Shown here: one piece after another, positions 25,066 to 37,675 of the stretch | Position numbering within the stretch: the first letter of the stretch is position 1 | How the letters are laid out: each line of letters opens with the position of its first letter | The notes under the pieces: generated by a model | Seen by the model: the letters and a program-made list of their open reading frames with translations, nothing else | Told to the model about the DNA's origin: nothing | Databases searched by the model: none | DNA from: Paragordius varius | Taxonomy: Eukaryota > Animalia > Nematomorpha | Assembly: GCA_964247055.1 (NCBI GenBank) | Contig: OZ176050.1 | Coordinates: forward strand, 5,828,001 to 5,892,000 | Reading direction: 5' to 3' | DNA length: 64,000 nucleotides | Program-made: the position numbers and the translations under genes

Positions 25066-26737
25066 ATGGTTTCATTTCATCCAAAAATCGTATTACCAGG
25101 TATTAAAATTTTTGAATTTAAAAGGTGATAAAATTAGTTCGGAATCTAAATACGAACCGGGTACCGGTGCATATAAACTTGGTGAAAATATATTTTCATC
25201 CCTAATTGGTGAAATTTATTATGAAAAAAATGGACAAGTGTCTTTATATTAATCGTTTAGGAACATAAAGTTTGTGTTAAACCATTAGAAACATTTAATC
25301 CTTTGCCCAGAATGGGATCAATAGTTACTTGCAAGGTTCTGAAATTTTTAAAATTTTTAGGTCATCCATGTTTCTCAAAAATATTGTAAATGTCACATAA
25401 TTGCGATCGAAGATTATCTCCTAAAAGATACATATAAAGCGATGATACGGTATTATTTAATGTTATTTTTAGAAAAGAAGATATTGTGGAAGTTAACAGA
25501 GATGAAGTAACATTTGTATTAATTTTAGGTGGAAATATCAAATTGTTTTAGGCCAAATGATATAATATTAGCTCGCGTCGTATAAAATCATTAATTTTTA
25601 GCTAACATTAGGCGAAAATAACCATTATTTGCTCACAACTGCTGACGATTCTTTGGGTGTTTATTTAGCAAGAAGTGAATATGGTTATTATTTATTAAAT
25701 TTTCAAAATATTACCATTGTTTAATTAGGACGATACAAATTTAAATTTACGTAAAATCAAATTTCCATAAATTGCTTTAAAAACCAATAGGATTGATCGA
25801 AAATATTTAGTCTAATTCATAAAAATCAATTGAGCATTTTCTTTGAGGCTTTTTAATAGAATTTTTTAGCTATTATTATTCAAACTGGAACTCTTACTCG
25901 CTGTTATCATATTATGTCTCTAGCAAACATGTATTTGAGTGAAGCTAAAATCATCGATTAACACATATTTCTAAGCTTGGTATTGAATAAATTCAATGTG
26001 TTGATGTGATATTTTCTGTAAATAAAGGGTAGATCGCGCAAAGTTTTCCTTTTAACGCATTTTACAGCAACCGTGCTTTTTTCCCTTTCTATTTGTCAGA
26101 TAATATTCTATGTCCTTTAGTAATATGTCTGAAATATGAAAAATTTAAGGGATATTAGGTTTTTATTTTTAAAATAATGGAGTTATTAATTTTATTTTTT
26201 CATGTTATTTGCCAACCTCATTTTGTTCGTTCCCAAATCAAAAATAAAAATATTTTATTAGTGAATTTTTTCATAAAAATCAATAAAATTTCAATAAATG
26301 GTCTCATTGTTTTTTCCGATTAATTATTATATCAAGAAACATCCTACTTAAGTTTTTAATTTTAGTTAGACCAGCCATGCCCAACCCGCGCCTCGCACTT
26401 CTTTTTATAGGATCCCGCAAAAAGTTAAAAAGATAAAAATTTGGATTTAAATTAAAATTTTACAATAATTTATTATATATTTAATTGGATTTCAAACTAA
26501 ATTATTATTAATGCTCCTAGACATAAACGTTTTAAATCATTTAATATCAATCCTTTATTTTATCCAAAATCATATGGCAATATAATTACACCTATCTTAT
26601 TTATAAAAATACTTGAATCAATATTATTGAATAAAGGTGGCGTTATGTATCCCATAAGTTGGTCAGAAATGCAATGCCCTAAAACCTTTGTCCGGGAAAA
26701 ACGAAAAGTTGCCAAAATTATACGTGAAGATACTTAA
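25066..26737 (+). CDS. EXOSC1: Exosome complex component Csl4 (192 aa), split by six 22-25-nt introns and one 953-nt intron
   Basis: Exons 25066-25099, 25125-25237, 25261-25335, 25361-25449, 25473-25506, 25529-25579, 25602-25683, 26637-26737. Spliced product: MVSFHPKIVLPGDKISSESKYEPGTGAYKLGENIFSSLIGEIYYEKNGQEHKVCVKPLETFNPLPRMGSIVTCKVIHVSQKYCKCHIIAIEDYLLKDTYKAMIRKEDIVEVNRDEVEISNCFRPNDIILARVLTLGENNHYLLTTADDSLGVYLARSEYGGVMYPISWSEMQCPKTFVREKRKVAKIIREDT*. It is collinear with Csl4 (GxGxY..IFSSL.G, P..G.IVTCKV, IRKED, FRP.DI.LA.V, YLLTTA, PISW.EMQCPKT....RKVA). Confidence 0.93.
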
Positions 26738-26875
26738 CTTGTTAATATTCTGATACATTTATAATTATTTATCATTTTTATACATATACTACACATATTA
26801 ATAAATTACAGAATTTATATCACATTAAAGAGAGTATGATTATGATTTTTTTATATAAAAAATGGCATGCATATC

Positions 26876-29800
26876 CTACATATCCATATAATTTGGGTCA
26901 TCATTAGTTTCATTATCTGAAGAATTCTCAGTTATAGTTGCCTGTGTAGGGCTATATCCCATTTGCCCGCTTCTGTTAGAAATGTATGATGATGATTTAT
27001 GTATTGAAGGCATATTTCCTCCTCCTCCCATAAAAGCGTTTTTGAACATATTTTTATCAACGTCATCGGAAGGAGTTAGGGAAGAAAGGGAAGTTTTATA
27101 TTTGTGAGGTAATAAGGCCAACCCTAATTTCGATAATCTTGAGTCCCGTTTTGTTTTGGGTGATGTTAGCGTTTGTTGATTCGCAATGTTTGTCACTGAA
27201 GGAATGGTTGCGATATTTGGCACGACAGTTTCATCTGACTGGTTCCCTCCTGTTTCGGGAGAACCGTCATCCTCTTCTTCGTGAGAACTTGAGAGTCCTA
27301 ATGCATGCATTATAAAAAAATTTTTTTGAGAAAAGTCGTAATTAGAATACCGTGACGATTTATAGGCCATTTTGGTCTTTCAAATGGCTTAAGGGTATTT
27401 TTTATCTCTTGCCATGTATGAGATATTTCTTTTTTTTGTTAGTTACATTTTTAAAAATTGTATTCAATTAAATATAACTAATAAGTTGCGAAATATCATA
27501 CTTGGCAACAGAGTATAAATTCCCTTTTTAGCCATTTAAAATACCGAAATGGGAATAATAACAACTCTCATTACTGTAGAAACGCATGTTTTGGTTTTCT
27601 ATGAAAATGATCCTGAAAACTATAAAATTGGGTAAAAAAATTGTAAGTTAATACTAGTACTAATTTATTTTTGCGGTTTTTATATCTCCACCACCGCTTT
27701 GAATCATTATGCTGATAGTTTGGTGACTACACTATATTCAAAATTTTTGGCCCAAAGAAACTATAAATCTGTATAGAATTACATTTACAAGAAAAATACG
27801 GGTATTTTTTAGTCTAAAAGGTAAAATTTAAAAAAATGAATTAAATGTTATTATGGATTTTGTTTTTAGAATACTCGAATATTTTTTTATTATAATTGGA
27901 ATCATTATAAACTATTAATGGATGTTTTTCATGCATATCAATTTATTGTTATAAGGTCTAACTAATTAACCAAAAAAAATAATTTTTTTAAAAAAGCTTT
28001 TTATCAAGGCGGCCTCCAGCGTTTAGGATTGTAAAACATATTCAGAATAGAAATTGGATATTAAATGATTGAAGACAATAGACGTGAACGGAATACTTAC
28101 AACAGAAGAATAAGATACGTTAAGCCAATTTGACATGAAAGCACTCTGGTTGCCGACCACCTAAACTTTTTAGCTGTCATTAAGGCAAAAACCCTAGCAT
28201 AGCAAGCAGAAATGTGGCTAATTTATCGAATATTGAATAATTATTAATTATAAATTTACCAAATACACGAGACATTCTATCACGAGCTCTACTCATTTTT
28301 TTCTTCACAAAGTTTGTATGTTGTGTTGGCGTGATTGAGGACTTCGGTACGAATGTGGTGGTTAAAATGTCCTCACTAGTTTCATTGTCATTTGTTGACA
28401 TTGAGCTGCGGTTAGAATCGGTTATAGGTACGTCATCAATGGGCGGAATATAATTTGGATCATTATCTTTATTAAATTCTATCGGGGGGGACTCGACGAA
28501 AAATTTATTCTTCTTAGTTTTAATTTCTTCTTCTGACGGAATAATTCCAATCTTATTTTGTATTTGGTTAAATGTTGCGCTACTTGGAGCCTTATTTAAA
28601 CCTTGTTGAACGACTTTAGCCTTTGAAAAAAGCCCCTTTTTTTCTTCCAAATCAGAATTCCGCGATAGCTTAGCTTTTGCTGCACGAATTTTAAGTGGTT
28701 TTGCAATTTTCACCTAAAATAGTATAAAGAATTGCTTATAAATTGCATTATTATGTATCATAATGTAATCAAAGAAATTAAACAATACCTGTTTCTTTTT
28801 AATTTTAAGCTTTTTGGTTGTTTTGGAATCACTCAAGTCTTCGGATGAACTGGAGGAAGATGATGTTGATGATGCGGTAGTTTTTGCCTTATCATCCACA
28901 ATCCGGACAGCTTGAGATATCTGATCGGTTTGGGTGGGGAAAATGTTAACCACCTCCTCCAAATCAATACTGTAGGCCCGGAGAAGAACCTTGGGCAATT
29001 GATCATTTTCCATGACTTTTAACAATTTTTCAGATAGTTTTTTAATATCTTTGTCATAATCTGTGGGTGATACGCCTGGTCCGCCAGCTAATGCTGCTGC
29101 TTTACGAGCTTCCAAATTCCATTTCAACCTTTTTTTAATTTTTTCTGCCGCACGGTTATAACGGCTCCTAAAATAGGCTTGGAACACATTGATACACATT
29201 GAGGTGAGGGATAGCCCAATAAAAATATATACAGCTGCGATAAGCATGTTGAATGGTTTGTCTGGCACTAAATCCCCTAAACCAATTGTGCTAATGGATA
29301 TGAAGCAGAAATAGAAGGCTTGCACATAATCCCATGTTGGTTCAAAGATAGCAAAAAGGGCCCCACCCACAAAGAGGTATGCAAGGAGTAAAAACATAGC
29401 AATACTAACTGGAAGATTAAATTCGTCATCAACGGCAAAGTAAGAAAGCTTTAGGAGCTCTTTTTGCTTATCTTTATCAAGCTTAGAAAGGTCAGTTGTT
29501 GTTGGAGTTTGAGGAATTTTTTGAAACTTTTGTTTCATATTTGATTGATCGGATAAAATTTGAGCATTAGGCGTCTCTGGAATTTTGACAATTTGAGGCA
29601 TTATAATGGCTGGTTCTTCTTCAGCCACTTTAATTTTTGTAAAATTCGATACCTCCTTTTCTCCCGGAAATTCTTGTATACTTTCTGATTCCGCTTTTGG
29701 AGCTTCGGGAATATCTAAACTTTTCAGGATTTTTTCTTCCTCTGTAATCTATAAAATAAATTTAATCACAAATCACGGTTAATTAAATCACACGCTGGAA

Positions 29801-32800
29801 ATAATATTAGATATATTAAACCTAGTGTTTTAAATTTAAATGTCCGACTATGTAAAACAGAAATGTTTAAAATAAGCACCGATGTTTTTAAACAGATAAA
29901 GCGCTAACAAATATTTATTAGTTTTAAAAAAAAATTTATATTTCCACGTGGTATATAATCCAATTCGGTGGTTTCGCCCCTACATTGTAATTAAAAATTA
30001 GACAACAAATTAAGTATGGATTTTTTTAAAATTGAAATTGGCAATTATAATTTATATTATCTACCCATATAAAATTATTAATGATCAGTAACCTATTATT
30101 CATTATTATTATTAATGGATTACGACATACAATCAACCAATATACTTTGCAATGTGAAAATTAATATCATATTTTTTTGTAAACTGATAGTAAAAACAAC
30201 TTCTTAACCAATAAAATAATAAAATATACCTGGTTAGTGTTATTGGAAAAATCTGATATTTTATCACTCTCATTTTCTACTGGCTGTCCACTGTCTCGAT
30301 TGCTGTGGTTCATGTTGGATGAATCGCTTTTCGTAAATGAATCGTCAAAATTAGCCCATTTTGAAGTTGGATATATATTTTTTTTATTATCACTTAAAAT
30401 ATTGTAAACATTATTGAAAACTTTGAATTTATCCATAAACTTGGTTGACTTTTGTGTGTTATAATTATCTGTTAAGTTGGTATTCGTAGTTCCATTTTTC
30501 TGATCGAAATATATTGATGTCGCTTTAGGGACAAAATTTATAGAGTTGTCATCCTTATTGGGTTTATTTTGTGGATTTTGGTCTTCCATATCATTGCTAT
30601 TATTATTGTTGAAATTATTTACATTTATGTTTCTAGGATTAGCGTTTGTTATGTTAAAAATGTCAGAAACAGAATGCTTTGCAATTTGTGATGGAGATAT
30701 AAACTCTGGCTCTTCAAAAATTACAGGTGATATGTGTGTCACAATCTGCGGTGATATCATAATTGGTTCATTTGTCTGTGAATGGTTTGAAGGTAGAGTT
30801 ATGGACGATGGAATTGATGGTTTACGCATATTTATTTCTTGATTTTCGAAGGGGAGAGTACTTTTCTCTGGCATAAGTATTCCATTTTCCGTTGGTTGTG
30901 TATGTGTATCAGTTGTTTTATCATTATTATAATCCTTAAACCATTCTTGTTTAATTTTATTTTTCTTCCTTGTAGACCGTTTTGTCCATCGATCTTTTAC
31001 ATAAACGCCCGCTTTCGATTTTCCCAAATCCATCACTCGTTTTTCCATGATCTTTACCGCTTTAGTGTGGCGAGCTTTATCAACCGCTAGATTCATACTT
31101 TGCATAGCCTTTGTTTTTTGCATTTGTTTATAGTAGGAACTTAATTGAGCCATGGCAGTAAATTGTACTTCTCTACATTGACCAGTGTAATAGTAACGAC
31201 GAATAAATGCCCAGAAGAATTTAATTCCCCTCGTTAAAAGTTTTCCAAAATCACCTAATGCCACCAACATTAACGGAATACCAACGACAGCGTATAAAAT
31301 AGTTGCTAACCGTCCCATATTTGTTATAGGTGCAATGTTTCCATAACCTTTTATTTAAAAACAATACTGTGTACATGTCATAATGTTTATTGTATCAAAT
31401 AATTCAATTAACATTTAAGATTGGGTTAATGAAAGGCTTTAAGTTAAAATTGGGGTTAACCGCCATATAAGTGAAATGAATGCACAACCCAATATATAAT
31501 AAACAGCTGATGGAATTTATATTAATTTTATATGATTAAAACGACTAAAAATATTGGTAAAAAATAGGGAAAATAATTGGTTTATCTAACAAAATCTTTT
31601 AATTCAAATTTAACGCAATTTTTGATATCCTTGTATTAAAATTTAGGAAATACATATTGCTTTCTATTTTTTATAAAGCTATTTAACATATCTTTTTTAA
31701 TAATATTATTAGAGTAATAATTTTTATCAGATGTTAATCATATAACATTTATAAATGTTTATGTCATTTGTTGACATTATATAGCATTTCGGCCTAAAAA
31801 AATTTCGGGTTTAAAAAATCATCGACTTTATCTTAATTTGATATGTTGTAGAATTAATCAAAACAGTAATATTGTTGTATTATATCTTAAGTAATCAACT
31901 TATTAACCAAAGAAAAGCACAATACCAATAATATAATAATACATTTTTTACACTCTTAAAATACGATTATTGTCAAACGATGGTTGAAAAAAGTATATAT
32001 GAAAAAGTATTAATAAATTTATCTAAAATTGCCTGTCAAAAGGTGAACATAATATTTTTTAATTATTACTAAATATTTATTCAATTAACAGTGCGGGTCC
32101 TTCAATGGCCGGTGCATGAATCCTTATAACAATTCTTTCAAAATTATAAAAATCTCACTACGTTTATTATTATAAAAAGTCAAATCACTTTGGGAAAAAA
32201 AATTTAAAGCATTTTTAGACTAATTAAAGTATAAGAACGACTTGTGTATTTTAGAATTCAAAAAATATTATGAAAATATCATTTACTTATAATTAATAAT
32301 CACCAAATTTACTTCCATTGTGTTAAATAATTTTTTTAGAAAGATGATAATACTTTTATTAAGTAAAATTTGTCAAATGCCTGTTTTTAAAATACACAAA
32401 AGCCGTGATTGCGTGATGGTAACTTCAAACATATGCTATTCGCGATAATTTATTTTGCTCAAAAAAGCTTAAATTGCATTTTAAAATTAAATTAAGCGAG
32501 ATTTTGTGAAAGGGTATCTTTTAGTATATTGCATCATATCCAAAGCTTTGATAAAAAAGGACAATGAGACTTAATTGACTTTGCAGGTCGCGTTTTAAAC
32601 CAAAAAAATCCAGCAGCTGCATGCATATGACATTAATAAAAACTTGATTAGGTTTCATACATAATACTTTGAAAAGACAGGAACTATATAAAACTATTGA
32701 TTTATCAACTTTTTTGGAAAGATTTATCGCTAATTAATATCAATTTTACAAAGAATTAAAAGAATATTTTTGCACATATATTGTATATATTTGGGAATTC

Positions 32801-35257
32801 GCGGGCTAGACAAAATATCTCGGAGGGCTCCATGTTGGACACCTCTCCTCTAAAATGTATATTTATAGTACTAACAAAAATTGCACAAAAAAGTCACAAC
32901 GGTTCGTTTCACACAAATGTAAAAACAAACTTACAATAAAGGGTTTGACTCTAAATCAGTGCAAACCGCGGCCCACGGGCCGCATCCGGCCCTAAAAGTG
33001 TTTATATGGCCCTCATATATTTATTAATTTTTTGATGTATTAATTTTGAATATAAATATCTGCAAATGGTCAAACAGCTAATCGGTCTTATATGGTAAAT
33101 GTGAGACACGATAAATATTTATTGTGTCCCAGCTCTATATTATGATACATTTCACCAAATTATAACTGAAATACCAAGATATATTTATATACGTATGTTT
33201 AAATCTTTAATATAAAATTTCATATAATTTTCACCATAAAATTGGGGATTAAAAAATACATATAAATATCCTGATTAGTTGGTAAACAATTACTATAAAA
33301 CCATATATTTGTAATATTTTTATCATTGTTTTTCCTTTTCCAACAATATAAAACAAAATACTTGGCTAATCAAAACTGAATTTAATTAAAAATCATAATA
33401 TGGGAGTATATCTATCCATTCCCTATGAGTAGTAATTTAGATTTTTACGAATTACATTCAAAAGTGTCCAAATTTGTTGTATAGAACTTAATTTATAATA
33501 ATGAATGAGGGAGACTTTCTTTATATATAAATAAAATTTGAAAAAAATAGCCTGATAATATATGTAGTAAAAACTTACCGATGGTGGTAAATATGGTTCC
33601 ACTGTAAAACAGGGCGCCCCAAAATGTCCAAATACGAGTCTCAGAATTAATTTCCATTCTGCCTCTCTTATAAGCCTTGTACAGTATTTCCTCGAAGGAT
33701 ACCATGAAACGTTTCCCCCGTTTCATCCATTCCTCTTTCAACATTGTGTTTACCTTCTCATCGTTCTCGGTAACGTTGGAATCCCCTCGAATTTTATGGA
33801 GGGCTCGCATTTCACAATCCCGTCCAATGATAACCGATGCATTCTTCCATAACTCGCTCAATGCATAATCTCTGAATTGGGTTATGGAAAATTTGTTTTT
33901 CAACTCTTGGGGCCCTTCAATAGACTTAAATAGATAGGCGCCAGCAAAAGAGTAGGCCAGTAATAAAATAAGGAGTCCAGCATGGGAAAATACTATGCGG
34001 GCTATTGTGTTAACTCTTCCCGCATATGGGCGATACTTTTTCCATATCCATCGTTTAACTCTTCGTATTTGTTTGAGCCTTTGGTGGGGTGATGTCATGA
34101 GCAGTTTAGCAAAATCTTGGCTTCTTAAGGAATGGATTTTATTTCCACCTGGTATTTTGCGAGATCGTATGGAAGATGTAGTACTTAACGGTGGACTATT
34201 AGTGTCGAATGCAGTGCGCGGTTTTAGACACACGGGGGGACACCTGCAAATGTTTGATAGACAAATATTGCAATCATATTTAAATTGGCCCCATATTTGT
34301 CCAGCGCTTTCTTTGAACGATATTGGTTTCCCGTTTCGTTTTAGTTTAGACGTTAAATTTGTTAGGTTATTTGGTATATTCTAAGCAATAAGAAAACAAA
34401 TGATTAAAAAGGAAGCACTATAAATATTAACAAAACTTCTTCTAATTACAATGAGAAAAATTGCATCTAAATTAAGAATAAAATAAACTACTAAACTTAA
34501 CCATAGAGTATAATTATGTCCATTTCATATTGCCGATTTATATTGTGCGTTGTTATGCATATATATGAGATAGATCGTTATGAACAAAGAAATATAAATC
34601 AGAAATATCCAAATCTTTCTCTTTTAACAACACATGTATTAAGTACGCCAACAAGAATATTTATTTATCTATCTGTATATTTAAACAAATGTAAGAGCAG
34701 ACTACACATTTTATGGCAATGATAGGATATAGTCCACATTTTTTGAGGACAATTTGTTTTTACATAGTAGATTTAAGCGTTGTAAATCATTGGATAATTT
34801 AGGTTAGATTATTTTTCGTACTTTTATATTTTAGATATCAAAACTGGAAAAATTATTGTGCATATCGAGGAATATTTCTAAACAACATTTGTATCTTCTC
34901 GTAATGATTTCAACTTTTACAAAACAACCAACTTATTTTCAAAAGAAAACGAGCCTTCATGATATTAAGCTTTACATAAAATTTGAAGAAGATTTAATAT
35001 ATTTTAATTATATATGTGTAAGACATACCTTCAAATATAGTTTTTATTTAAGAAATTCACCACCTAGAAATTTTGCCACAAACAAAAAATATTGATAAAA
35101 TATGGAAATAATTTTGTATTCAAAATGATTTTGAAGTTGTCATGTTTGTCTTGAAACAGTCTCACTGAATATGGATGAGGGTATTGGGTTTATATAAATA
35201 AAGTTAAAATTAAAAATTACAGCTCATTTATTTACTGCCTCCAATTTTTATAAACAA

Positions 35258-35305
<48 letters not shown>

Positions 35306-35626
35306 TAAAATATTTAATATTATGGTCTAAAACGCTAATACCCTTTTCTGAATGACAAATAGCCAAAAAATAAATTTATTAAGTTTTTAACGAATTATGC
35401 AAATAATTTAGATCTATACTGCAAAAAGAAAAAATATTAGAGACCAATTTAAATCAGTTTTAATTAAATTAATGAGCCATAAATATGATAAACAATCAAT
35501 TTGTCAAATTTGTTATAATATTTTAGATTATTTATATTAGAGAGAGATTTTAAATACCCCAGATTTTTCTATATCTTCATAGCTCACAGGTCCTGGTGAG
35601 AAATGTGCCGATGCGATTAATCCCAT
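26876..35626 (-). CDS. Two-pore-domain (K2P/TWiK) potassium channel, ~1274 aa
   Basis: Exons (-): 35558-35626 (putative ATG exon, tentative), 33579-34380, 30230-31347, 28789-29748, 28260-28713, 26876-27297. M1 HAGLLILLLAYSFAGAYLFKSIEG; P1 WTFWGALFYSGTIFTTIG|YGNIAP; M2 LATILYAVVGIPLMLVAL; M3 LPVSIAMFLLLAYLFVGGALF; P2 WDYVQAFYFCFISISTIGLGDLVP; M4 AVYIFIGLSLTSMCIN. The channel core is secure; first and last exons are inferred from splice phase. Confidence 0.88.
27369..27550. repeat. Small inverted-repeat (MITE-like) element in K2P intron
   Basis: tttggtctttcaaatggcttaagggtattttttatctcttgccatgtatgagatatttc is an imperfect reverse complement of gaaatatcatacttggcaacagagtataaattccctttttagccatttaaaataccgaaa. 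Confidence 0.5.
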
Positions 35627-37675
35627 ATTAAGATGCTAATGTGGAAATGTGGAATAGGGAACGAAAATTGACGACCGTAGAATATATTTTTATTGAAAAG
35701 AAGCCGAGTAAAAGATAAATTTGTAATTTATTGTAAATTTATATAGGGGACATTAATGATTAATTTGATTTGGGCATCATTTCGAATATTCATATAAAAA
35801 AATCCTCATATACTATAATATATGAATGTGCGTCATTTTAAGGAATAATATCGATATATTTTATCGTTTTTATCATTATTATTGTGTGGGGGTATCTGGA
35901 AAAAACACTATATAATGATTTGCTTTTTGGATAAAAAAGTTATCAAACATTTTATGATATTGCTCATATATTTGATCATTAATTGTTTTCAAAAAGTCTT
36001 TTCTTCATATGATCGGTCAATATATTTAAATGCCTGAAACTGTTAAAAAATTAGTTGATGTGGTTATTATCAATATTTAATATGCGACTAACACTTATAT
36101 ATTTTAATGATTGATCATAAAATATTCATTTTACATGTTTTTATCTAAACATATCATGGGTAGAGTGCGTTTAATTAACCTAATTTTGTTGAAAAGTTAA
36201 TCCGTTGGAAAACAAAAACATTGTTATTGCAACATAGACATATTTTGTAATATAGAGTATAAGTAATTTGGCGGAAACCCATTTTATCCACTTTTATGAT
36301 GTATGAAACATACATTTATATTTATTCCCTCGCTTGCTTAAAATAAAAAGTATAGAATATTATTGATACCGCTAACATTACGTATGTGTTTTCATAAAAC
36401 AAAACGGGTAAGTATGTATATAAAAACTATTATCAAAGATTTTATCTTTTGAATTCTAAATTCTATATTCTTTCTAGATGAGCTTATAATTATGGAGTGA
36501 ATTTAGTATATTTTATTGATAACACCTATATACAAAAAAAATTTCTTTCATCATGAAAGCATCATTATACGATATAAAGAAAAAAATTTTAATAAAAGAA
36601 TTTTAGTAAAAATGATATATTGGTTTTTTATTATCATTGTAAAAAAATTTTGGTTTTATTTTTTTCATATTTGTTATGATCATGGCAATTACAAAATCTT
36701 TTTTACATATGCATTTAAACTGATATTAAACGGGATTATAAGATAATTCTTACCATCGGTATTTTTGTTTCATTTCATTTTATTTTTTTCATTTATAATA
36801 TTCACAAATATTGAAAGATTACGATATTTTTTAGATGAATTTAAAAATAAACCACAAATAAATATATGAGCACTGCAAAAATTTATTGATTGAATTACAA
36901 ATTTAAAATTGACTGATATTTTTAATTTTATATTAGGCACATATAAATACATTTTTAGTATAAGGCGTAATCTTCCTTTTTATTATCAAAACCACGTGTA
37001 TTAATTCATAAGTCATCATCCTTAAAACAAACTCTTTTGCTTAACAAAAAACAGTTATGAAAGAATACTTTGCAATCGCAATCAAAAAACCGTAATTTAT
37101 TTTCGATTTCTTTGATCTTTTGAAAAAAAAATAATGGGAATATCTACCATAGCAAAGTTATCAATGTAACGTTATATTTTTATAGTATCAATATGGTTGA
37201 ATAATTTAGATATATAGATTATTTGGTGTGATGTTAATGCATTAATTATGAAATAATTAATTCATAAAAGTTTTCAACCAATAGACTAATGGATGGTTGC
37301 AGTTATATATTTTTCTACTTGTGTATCTAAACTTGTGCGGCAGGACACAAATGATAAGGAACTCTGTTAATAATCTCATAAGTTGAGAAAATGAACTAAT
37401 AATACATATTGAGTGTAAACATAGTTGCACAATATTATAGAGAGGGAAATAAAAGTTGCGCTGTAATACATAAGCGAAGCAACAGCATCATTGGATTTCT
37501 AATACTGTATTAATTTAGCATATTCCGAATTAACTTTATATTCGTTCTTATTTAAACTAAACCCAAACTATCAAAATGGAGACACTTTTTTGTCCACTAA
37601 AGACCAATAACCTTACTTGTTTCCGTTGATTTTTGGTTTATCTGATCTTTCGAAGGTTCTATTTGTTGGGAGTAA

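Noticed and set aside
25684-25724. EXOSC1 ending by read-through at TAA 25722-25724
   Set aside because: The conserved C-terminal zinc-ribbon exon (PISWSEMQCPKT...RKVA) is present in phase at 26637-26737.
30546-34384. Plus-strand ORFs 30546-30842, 30839-31090, 33677-33868, 33995-34384
   Set aside because: Antisense to K2P exons.
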